Source: Chiloscyllium plagiosum (Eukaryota). Taken from it: 20,000 nt of DNA. Numbering within the stretch: the stretch's first letter is position 1; every line of letters begins with the position of its first letter. The notes beneath the pieces are model-generated. The model made no database searches. It worked only from the letters and a program-made list of their open reading frames with translations, and had not been told where the DNA came from. Shown here in pieces: positions 1 to 7,887 of the stretch. The stretch is from contig NC_057754.1 of the NCBI RefSeq assembly GCF_004010195.1, positions 8,512,053-8,532,052 on the forward strand, written 5' to 3'. The position numbers were made by a program, and so were the translations under genes.

Positions 1-264
1 ATTGGAACAGTTAGTTAATAATAGTTACCGAATCTACCATTCTGTAAAGTTTTCCAAAAGAGTTTTTATTCTAAGTTATTCTTTCTTTTGGTATACTTGA
101 ACTACAGAGTTTGGATAACTTGTGTTTTGTTTAACATCAAGTAGTTTGAAAAATTGAATTGTATCTGGAACACAGCGCTTTACAGTTGCTGTTAAAATAA
201 GACAAAGTTAGGGTCAAGGCTACCTTGTTCAAACATTTCAAGAGGTTCTGTCTGGTCCATAACA
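1..264 (+). mobile_element. 3' part of an LTR (Gypsy/Gmr1-like family), inserted antisense just after the host element's integrase
   Basis: Ends GGTCCATAACA (terminal CA). Its reverse complement (TGTTATGGACCAGACAGAACC..AAGGTAGCCTTGACCCTAAC..GCTGTGTTCCAGATACAATTCAAT..CAAAACACAA) aligns by eye with 7702-7860 (TATTATGGACCACACCAGACC..AAGGTAGCCTCGACTCTACC..GCTGTGTTTCAGATGCAATTCAAT..CAAAACACAA). No PBS follows, so it is a 3' or solo LTR. Truncated by the window start. Confidence 0.7.
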
Positions 265-279
265 CAAGTAGCACACTCT

Positions 280-1500
280 CCTTTTGTTTTCCTTCCTATC
301 AAATGCCTTTTGAGCATATTCACATGCCATACTCTGAGATTTCTTTCTGTCTGGAGTTCTTAATAAGTAATAAGTCCTTTTGATTTGATAGTCCGTAGTA
401 AATTTTGCTTTTAAAAGTTCACCTTCCATGGGTGGATCACTTTATCTCCATGAGTAAAATTGTGATGTTTTGATTGACTTTCTGCCTCCTGTTTCATCAC
501 ATGCTGTGCTATTTTCAAATGCTGTCCAGTCAACTCACCCACTCTATTTAATCTTTCCCTAAAATTAGGCACGCAGTCAAAATATGTAGTCACCGATCTC
601 TGACTCACCAATTCCTCCTTAATTAATGTCAGTGGTTCTCTCACCTCATGCACAAAAATTAAATCAAAATGGACTGATTTTGGTAGATTCATTAGGTTGC
701 AAATATTTAGTAGCTTCATTAATTGCAAAATGTACAAATTGAATTCCTTTATCCCAAACCTCTGGACAAATCTTGATTAAAGATCATGTTGAGACTTATA
801 ATGTTATAATGTTTGATGTCGCCATTCTAATGCTTCCTGTAATTCTCGATGGTGTGCAGTGGATTGAATTTTTTTACTCCCAGGGTATCCACAATTTCCT
901 TGAATAATGTTGATGTAAAATTTGACCCTTGATCTGATCGTATCTCTGTGCATAGTCTGTATCTGATAAAAAAAATTGAGTAACTCTTCTACAATGCTTT
1001 TAGCTGTCACCCTGCTTAGTGAAATGGCCTCTGAAAAGCTATTGGACACATCCATCATGGTCAACGAAATCTGAGTCCCACTTTTTTTGGTTTAGGGAGG
1101 GGTTCTGTCCAATCAATTAAGACCCTTGTAAAAGGTTCCTCAAATGCTGGAATCAGTATTAAAGGTCTTGGTTTTATCACCTCCTGGAGTTTTCCAATTA
1201 CCTGACACGTATTACATGTCTGGCAAAATTCAACCACATCTGCACGCAGCCCAGGTGGTTATAAAAGCTTTTTGTATTTTGGCCTGAGTTTTTCTTTCTC
1301 CCAAATGATCTTCTAATGATCATTCATGTTGTACCCTCAGCATCTCCTTTCTGTAACCCACCGTTAATGTAACTTGAGGAAATGGAGACCATCACATTTT
1401 CTGTTGGATGAGGAATGGGCAGAAGGTCATCATCAAGATTTTGTTTCTCAGATAGTAACATTCTGGGATACACTCAAATTCTTCTTCTGTGTATACTATT
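280..1500 (-). pseudogene. Retrotransposon integrase remnant (HHCC zinc finger, catalytic core, C-terminal region)
   Basis: Minus-strand peptides across frameshifts: DHLGERKTQAKIQK, PGLRADVVEFCQTCNTCQVIGK, LIPAFEEPFTRVLID, LTMMDVSNSFSEAISL, STAHHRELQEALEWRHQTL, LIFVHEVREPLTLIKE, YQIKRTYYLLRTPDRKK. Confidence 0.9.
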
Positions 1501-1628
1501 GATACAGTTGCTGTAGTTTTTCATCTTTCTGTTGTATTCACTGAATGAAAAATATCCTTCACTTTGTCCTTCGTCTGTTCTTTTTTTCTCTCTCAATCAT
1601 TTGATCAGACATAGTTATACTTCAACTT

Positions 1629-2036
1629 GGAGAAAGTGAGGACTGCAGATGCTGGAGATCAGAGCTGAAAATGTGTTGCTGGAAAAGCGCAGCAGGTCAG
1701 GCAGCATCCAAGGAGCAGGAGAATCGACGTTTCGGGCATGAGCCCTTCTTCAGGAATGAGGAAAGTGGGCCAAGCAGGCTAAGATAAAAGGTAGGGAGGA
1801 GGGACTTGGGGGAGGGGCGTTGGGAATGCGATAGGTGGAAGGAGGTTAACGTGAGGGTGATAGGCTGGAGAGGGGGTGGGGGCGGAGAGGTCGGGAAGAA
1901 GATTGCAGGTGAAGAAGGCGGTGCTGAGTCTGAGGCTGAAATGTTCCGCAAGTAGGCGGCCTGTCTCCCCAATATAGAGGAGGCCACATCAGGTGCAGCG
2001 GATGTAGTAAATGATGTGTGTGGAGGTGCAAGTGAA
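1629..2036 (-). mobile_element. Penelope-like element fragment (GIY-YIG endonuclease N-terminus plus terminal repeat)
   Basis: 2036->1945 translates FTCTSTHIIYYIRCT*CGLLYIGETGRLLAE (GIY-YIG motif). Terminus GGAGAAAGTGAGGACTGCAGATGCTGGAGATCAGAG is shared with 3338-3373. TTCAACTT at 1621-1628 and 2046-2053 is a probable TSD core. Confidence 0.85.
1722..1758 (-). ncRNA. Minimal type I hammerhead ribozyme motif in the Penelope terminal repeat
   Basis: Minus strand reads TCATTC-CTGAAGA-A-GGGC(TCAT)GCCC-GAAAC-GTC-GATT: CUGANGA core, 4-bp helix II, GAAA, and a GUC cleavage triplet. Confidence 0.75.
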
Positions 2037-2194
2037 TTCGTATTATTCAACTTCCCTATCAGAGACTACATTTATTCTTTGATTTCTCCTTCAACCTGTG
2101 GCTTTGCGACCTCGTTACCACACAGTCAGGAAAAACCCCAGCATATACTTCCGATAATACCTCCAGTTGCCTGAGTCTCCACTGACGTTTCAAC

Positions 2195-2738
2195 CCATCT
2201 ATGATCCAGCCATATCATTACCAAGGATAAACTGTATTCCTGGAACCGAGAGTTTCTCTATTACTCCTACCACCACTTCTTCTGGTGTTACAACTTCTGA
2301 ATTACCTCTTTTCATCTCTCACTATCAAAGATTGACTTACTGTCATAGAGTCATAGAGATGTACAGCATAGAATCAGACCCCTCGGTCCAACCCTTCCAT
2401 GCCAACCAGATATCCAAACCCAATCTACACCCACCTGCCAGCACCGGGACCATATCCCTCCAAACCCTTCCTATTCATATACCCATCCAATTGCCTCTTA
2501 AATGTTACAATTGTACCAGCCTCCACCTCTGATAGCTCATTTCATACCCATGTGAAATGCTTGCACCTTAGGTCTCTTTTATATCTTTCCCCTCTCACCC
2601 TAAACCTATGCCCTCTAGTTCTGGACTCCCTGATCCCAGGGAAAAAACTTTGCCTAGTTACCCTATCCATTGTTTAAAATTACAATAGCTTTACCTATTC
2701 CTCTGGGCATACATGAATAAATGTTACTCACAAGTAAA
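2195..2738 (-). pseudogene. Retrotransposon aspartic protease remnant, active-site region split by a LINE
   Basis: GKAIVIL | LINE 2343-2670 | SQSLIVRDE, where ILRDTG-x-SQS is expected. C-terminal EEVVVGVIEKLSVPGIQFILGNDMAGS follows. Confidence 0.7.
2343..2670 (-). mobile_element. CR1/HER1-type LINE 3' end (5'-truncated)
   Basis: Reverse-complement homologue of 7095-7440, including the tail CTCTATGACTCTATGA. Confidence 0.9.
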
Positions 2739-3045
2739 TTAGATTCCCTACAGTATGGAAACAGGCCCTTCGGCCCAACAAGTCCACACCAACCCTCCGA
2801 AGAGCAACCCACCCAGATCCATTCCCCTGCCCTATATATACCCTTGACTAATGCGCCCAACACCATGGACAACTTAGCCTGGCCAATTCACCTGACCAGC
2901 ACATCTTTGAACTGTGGGAAGAAACCCACGCAGGCACAGGGAAAATGTGCAAAGTCCACACATAGAGTCGCCTGAGGTGGGTATTGAACCCAGGTGCCTG
3001 GCTCTGTGAGGCAGCAGTGCTAACCACTGAGCCATCGTGCCGCCC
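2739..3045 (-). mobile_element. HE1-type tRNA-derived SINE, near full length
   Basis: 5' end GGGCGGCACGATGGCTCAGTGGTTAGCACTGCTGCCTCACAG, with A box TGGCTCAGTGG and B box GGTTCAATACC. 3' tail GGCCGAAGGGCCTGTTTCCATACTGTA matches the LINE 3' ends. Confidence 0.9.
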
Positions 3046-3336
3046 CATTCTTTGAAGAGATCTCGCGATTTCTTCTCCCCCAAACCTGACCGGGTTGTAC
3101 GTACTTTTGCAGCTTTGTAGTTTTCCCCATCCTTTCCTTTACCACTTCAACAAAGCTCACCGACATTTCCTGTTCTCCCCCATCCGTCTTCCCAGTGCTT
3201 TTTCTAACCCACCAACACTCCAATTTCATGTGGCCTACTTTATTGCTATGGAAACACCCGTGCTTTTTTTTCACTTCTCTCATGGGTTTCCTTTTTACCC
3301 TGCGGTAAACTACCTTTATTGTCTTCGATGAGATCT

Positions 3337-3663
3337 AGGAGAAAGTGAGGACTGCAGATGCTGGAGATCAGAGTCGAGAGCGCGGTTCAGTCCGCCAGGG
3401 ATAGAAATTTGGGAAAAGAGAAATCCTCAGATGGTAAGGGAAAAGGAGATCTCATTGAAGTCGAGAGTATGGTGCTGGAAAAGCACAGCCGGTCAGGCAG
3501 CATCCCAGGAGCAGGAGAATCAACATTTCGGGCTTAAGCCCTTCATCAGGAATCATTCCTGATGATAAAGCTTCCTGATGAAGGGCTTATGCTCTAAACA
3601 TCGATTCTCCTGCTCCTCGGATGCTGCCTGACCTGCTGTGCTTTTCCAGCACCATACTCTCGA
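3337..3663. mobile_element. Penelope terminal-repeat insertion in inverted configuration with a 14-bp TSD
   Basis: Starts with the same GGAGAAAGTGAGGACTGCAGATGCTGG terminus as 1629. Flanked by CTTCGATGAGATCT (3323-3336) and CTTCAATGAGATCT (3664-3677). Confidence 0.8.
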
Positions 3664-3738
3664 CTTCAATGAGATCTCCTTTTCCCTTACCATCTGAGGA
3701 TTTCTCTTTTCCCAAATTTCTATCCCTGGTGGACTGAA
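3386..3738. repeat. Long inverted repeat, arms about 167 bp, 19-bp spacer
   Basis: 3386-3552 is the near-perfect reverse complement of 3572-3738. Confidence 0.95.
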
Positions 3739-5030
3739 ATTGATGTTGGAAGTAAAACTCCGATCTGTCAGCCAACTCATAATCATTAACCCTCTCCTAA
3801 TTTTTCACGATCTGGTTGTCCACATGAGTTCTCACTATTTCAGGGAATCAAGTTTTAACCACCTCCAAAATATTCGTCTCTCTGAAAGTGGATCAAATGT
3901 ATGATGCTCTTAAAGTAATTTTGATAGGTGTATAAGAACATGATTTGATCCTTTCGAACTCAATGTACCTCCTTTGATTCCTGAAACGTTGTCTATAGAT
4001 TTCTGGCATTAGTTTATACACACTAGTTCATGTGCACTAGTTCCAATGGCTTGCCTCACCACCTCAAACTCCCTAGGTATCTCCTCTGACAGTGATGCGA
4101 ATATCTCACTACCTCGACCTGCCAACTTTGTTTGAATCAATCATATCCGTATAGTCACTGGCCTTTTCATTTGAGAAAGTGGCTAAACAAATTAAATATG
4201 TTCAAGTGTTGCCTAAGTTTGAGGAGAAGGATGTAGAAGCCTTTTTCATTTAAACAGATCCCCACCGGGCCTTTGGCTGCAATGGGTTTGCACGTCATCA
4301 CTATCCTTCTCACTAAGCCCATCTCTACCTCTGCCTCCACCCTTTCACATCGAATTTCCTCTCCAATTGCTAACTTCTGAAGTTCACCTTCTCTCTCTTT
4401 CTCCCTTTCTTCTCTCTTTCTGCTTTCCTTCCGCTTTCAATCATAATTCAAACTGTTTTGTTTTCTTTTTTCTTCATTTTCCCTCTAATTCAAACTGCTT
4501 CATTTGCCATTGCCAGAGATTCCAGTGGCATTGCTGGCAATCATAAACGTCAAAGTATTATAACAAAAAGGATATGGGAGATATAGAATGTAGGGAAGTA
4601 GATGGTGACACCTTGAAAAATTTCCATATTACAGAGGAGTAAGTGCTGGATGTCTTGAAATGCATAAAGGTGGATAAATCCCACGACCTAGGGTTCAGAA
4701 AAGATTTACAAGGATGTTGCCAGGGTTGGAGGATTTGAGCTAAAGGGAGAGGCTGAACAGGCTGGGGCTGTTTTCCCTGGAGCGTCGGAGGCTGAGGGGT
4801 GACCTTATAGAGGTTTACAAAATTATGAGGGGTAAGGATAGGCTTGTAATGGAAAATTGACAAAATTAACGTTTATTGTGAAATCTGTAAAAGAATACCT
4901 TCCTAAGTCAATTTACTGCAGACAGCCTGACTTTGCTGAATCCTGTGAACAGACAGCTTGTCCTTGCAAGTTTTGCAAACAATCTAATTCAGCAGAGTCA
5001 GGGGAAAACACAAGGGCAGGAGCAGTTTTT

Positions 5031-5448
5031 TCAACAGTAAAGGAATGGGAAAACAACTCCTTATATGGAAAAGGGCTTGAATTGTTCCCAAGGTGATTGT
5101 CCTTGAGGTGAGATAAGGCTTAGCGAAGTATGATATAAAGGAAATGGATGAATGCTCCGGGTGCTCCGGTTTCCTCCCACAGTCCAAAGATGTGCAGGGC
5201 CAGGTGAATTGGCCATACTGAATTGCCCGTAGTGTTAGGTAAGGGGTAAATGTAGGGGTATGGGTGGGCCGAAGGGCCTGTTTCCACACTGTAATCTAAT
5301 CTAATCTAATCTAATCTAATCTAATCAACAGTAAAGGAATGGGAAAACAACTCCTTATGTGGAAAAGGGCTTGAATTGTTCCCAAGGTGATTGTCCTTGA
5401 GGTGAGATAAGGCTTAGCGAAGTATGATATAAAGGAAATGGATGAATG
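5031..5448 (+). repeat. 124-bp direct repeat flanking the SINE
   Basis: 5031-5154 versus 5325-5448, one mismatch (TTATATGG vs TTATGTGG). Confidence 0.95.
5155..5324 (+). mobile_element. 5'-truncated HE1-type SINE with a (TAATC)7 tail
   Basis: GGTTTCCTCCCACAGTCCAAAGATGTGC..AGGTGAATTGGCCA..GGCCGAAGGGCCTGTTTCCACACTG matches the SINE at 2739-3045. Microsatellite tail at 5292-5326. Confidence 0.9.
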
Positions 5449-7679
5449 ATACTCGGGACCCCTTGCGTAAGACATTTTGTCAAGTGTAGAGGGTCCCTTT
5501 CCAAAGGCCTGTAATAAAACTTTTTCTTTGCTCTCGCAAGCATTTGAGTCGAGTCAATTTAATTTCCATGACAAGGATAAATAGACAAAGTTTTTTTCCC
5601 TGGTGTTGGGGAGTCCAGAACTGGACGGCCTAGGTTTAGGGTGAGAGGGGAAAGATATAAAAGAGACCTAAGGGGCAGCTTTTTCACTCAGAGGGTGGTA
5701 CGTGTATGGAATGAGCTGCCAGAGGAAGTAGTGGAGGCAGCTACAATTGCAACATTTAAAAGGATGGGTACATGAATAGGAAGGGTTTGGAGGGATATGG
5801 GCCGGGTGCTGACAGGTGGGACTAGATTGGGTTGGGATATCCGGTTGTCATGGATGGGTTGGACCGAAGGGTCTGTTTCCATGCTGTACATCTCTATGAC
5901 CTGATCAGGTGTACCCTAGAACTCTGTGGGAAGCTAGAGAAGTGATTGCTGGGTCTCTTGCTAAAAGATTCGTATCATTGATGATACCGGAGGTGAGGTG
6001 CCGGAAAACTGGAGGTTGGCTAATGTGGTGCCACTGTTTAAAAAGGGTGGTAAGGACAAGCCTGGAAACTATGGACCAGTGAGCCTGACGTCAGTGGTGG
6101 GCAAGTTGTTGGAAGGAATCCTGAGGGACAGGATGTACATGTATTTGGAAAGGCAAGGACTGATTAGGGATAGTCATCATGCTTTTTGTGTGGGAAATCA
6201 TGTCTCACAAACTTGATTGAGTTTTTTGAAGAAGTAACAAAGACGATTGATGAGGGCAGAGTGATAGATGTGATCTATATGGACCTCAGTAAGGTATTCG
6301 ACAAGGTTCCCCATGGGAGACTAGTTAGCAAGGTTAGATCTCATGGAATACAGGGAGAACTAGCCATTTGGATACAGAACTGGCTCAAAGGTAGAAGACA
6401 GAGGGTGGTGGTAGAGGGTTGTTTTTCAGACTGAGGCCTGTGACCAGTGGAGTGCCACAAGGTTCGGTGCTGGGCCCTCTAATTTTTGTCATTTACATAA
6501 ATGATTTGGATGCGAGCATAAGAGGTACAGTTAGTAAGTTTGCAGATCACACCAAAATTGGAGATGTAGTGGACAGCAAAGAGGGTTACCTCAGATTACA
6601 ACAGGATCTTGACCAGATGGGCCAATGGGCTGAGAAGTGGCAGGTGGAGTTTGATTTAGATAAATGTGGCATGCTGCATTTTGGAAAAGTAAATCCCAAG
6701 GTAAGGTCCTTGGGAGTGTTGCTGAACAAAGAGACCTTGGAGTGCAGGTTCATAGCTCCTTGAAAGTGGAGTCGCAGGTAGACAGGATTGTGAAGAAGGC
6801 ATTTGGTATGCTTTCCTTTACTGGTCAGAGCATTGAGTACAGGAGTTGGGAGGTCATGTTGCAGTTGTATAGGACGTTGGTTAGGCCACTGTTGGAATAT
6901 TGTGTGCAATTCTGGTCTCCTTCCTATCGAAAAGATGTTGTAAAACTTGTAAATCTTATCTGAATCCTTTCAAGGATGTTGCCAGGGTTGGAGGATTTGA
7001 GCTATAGGGAAAGGTTGAACAGGCTGGGGCTGTTTTTCCTGGACCATTGGAGGCTGAGGGGTGACATTATAGAGGTTTATAAAATCATGAGGGGTATGGA
7101 TAGGATAAATAGACAAGGTCTTTTCCCTGAGGTGGGGGAGTCCAGAACTAGAGGGCATAGGTTTAGGGTGAGAGGGGAAAGATATAAAAGAGACCTAAGG
7201 GGCAACTTTTCACTCAGAGGGTGGTACATGTATGGAATGAGCTGCCAGAGGAAGTGGTGGAGGCTGGTACAATTAGAACAGCTAAAAGGCATCTGGATGC
7301 GTATATGAATAGAAAGAGTTTGGATGGATATGGGCCAGGTGCTGGCAGGTCGGACTAGATTATCTGGTAAGGATATCTGGTCAGCATGGTTGGGTTGGAC
7401 CGAAGGGTCTGTTTCCATGCTGTACATCTCTATGACTCTAATTACCATCCCTTTTCGCATTGTCAAAGGCAACCCCAATTCCAGCTGGTCTATCAATTCT
7501 AAAGGCTTGCCTTTCTCACTTCCTGTAAAACTCCCTACGTGACCTCTTCCACCCCGAGGGAATTCATAGTGACTGAACGAGCTATCACGAGACAAAGCAC
7601 ACCCTGTTTAAACCAACCGAAACACAAGACGTTAACATTACCATTCGCTAGTAATCCTAAACCCAACTTGGAATTAGAG

Positions 7680-7698
7680 ATCCCAACAAGAGCTTCCA
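7680..7698 (-). promoter_or_regulatory. Degenerate primer-binding site (tRNA-Pro-like)
   Basis: Minus strand TGGAAGCTCTTGTTGGGAT lies 3 nt after the LTR end. The canonical tRNA-Pro PBS is TGGGGGCTCGTCCGGGAT. Confidence 0.65.
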
Positions 7699-7701
7699 AT
7701 T

Positions 7702-7887
7702 TATTATGGACCACACCAGACCCCCTCAAAGTGTATCAAGAAGGTAGCCTCGACTCTACCTTTCCCTTATTTCCAAGCTAAAATTGAGGTGCTGTGTTTC
7801 AGATGCAATTCAATTGGTCAACTTGTTTGACCTTAAGCAAAACACAATTTATTCAAACACGATTGTTGGATTGAGTTAAAATTCAAA
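7702..7887 (-). mobile_element. 3' part of the 5' LTR of the Gypsy element, truncated by LINE C
   Basis: Ends GGTCCATAATA directly upstream of the PBS. Homologous to 1-264. Confidence 0.7.

Larger units (their letters stand above)
3215..4556 (-). pseudogene. Gag remnant (coiled coil, SCAN-like capsid region, degenerate CCHC zinc knuckle)
   Basis: KQKEREEREKEREGELQKLA; YKLMPEIYRQRFRNQRRYIEFERIK; FPEIVRTHV; CFHSNKVGHMKLECW. The N-terminus LELIDQLELGLPLTMRKGMVI is displaced to 7441-7503 by the LINE insertion. Confidence 0.8.
4845..5573 (+). mobile_element. Solo LTR
   Basis: TG...CA ends with a 10/11 terminal inverted repeat (TGTAATGGAAA / TTTCCATGACA). 5-bp TSD AGGCT/AGGAT. AATAAA at 5513-5518. 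LINE B is continuous once this is removed. Confidence 0.8.
4690..5897 (+). mobile_element. CR1/HER1-type LINE B 3' fragment nested in LINE A, interrupted by a solo LTR
   Basis: 4690-4844 plus 5574-5897 match 6950-7436. GACCT at 4685-4689 and 5898-5902 is a TSD or microhomology. Confidence 0.9.
4561..7440 (+). mobile_element. CR1/HER1-type LINE A (5'-truncated ORF2 RT plus 3' UTR) inserted in Gypsy gag, itself interrupted at 4690-5897
   Basis: IKVDKS (about 4680) resumes at DQVYPRTLWEARE (about 5903). Then WRLANVVPLFKKG, SCLTNLIEFFEEVT, DLSKVFDKVPH, VTSGVPQGSVLGP, KFADHTKI, RPLLEYCVQFWSP, LRGDIIEVYKIM. Frameshifted. Tail CTCTATGACTCTA. Confidence 0.95.
265..7887 (-). mobile_element. Decayed Gmr1-like Ty3/Gypsy LTR retrotransposon (LTR-PBS-gag-PR-IN), heavily interrupted
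   Basis: Colinear minus-strand remnants: LTR end 7702-7887, PBS 7680-7698, gag N-terminus 7441-7570, gag core 3664-4556, zinc knuckle about 3215-3256, protease about 2195-2738, integrase about 280-1500. Confidence 0.85.

Noticed and set aside
1697..2050. Proline/serine-rich 117-aa ORF
   Set aside because: Off-frame reading of the Penelope fragment; the meaningful frame is the stop-containing GIY-YIG one.
2975..3045. tRNA gene
   Set aside because: The A/B boxes belong to the SINE head and continue into the SINE body and LINE-derived tail.
5900..7310. Functional reverse transcriptase gene (active LINE or retron-like)
   Set aside because: Multiple frameshifts and stops, catalytic FADD changed to FADH, 5'-truncated.
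4557..7444. ATTA as the TSD of LINE A
   Set aside because: Only 4 AT-rich bases, and gag seems to lose sequence at the junction, so it could be chance.
7077..7595. 172-aa ORF as a host gene
   Set aside because: It is a chimera of gag N-terminus and antisense LINE 3' end.
1..7887. DNA transposon or DIRS-like element with terminal inverted repeats
   Set aside because: The inverted homologues are diverged LTR ends, one followed by a PBS. No transposase or tyrosine recombinase is present.
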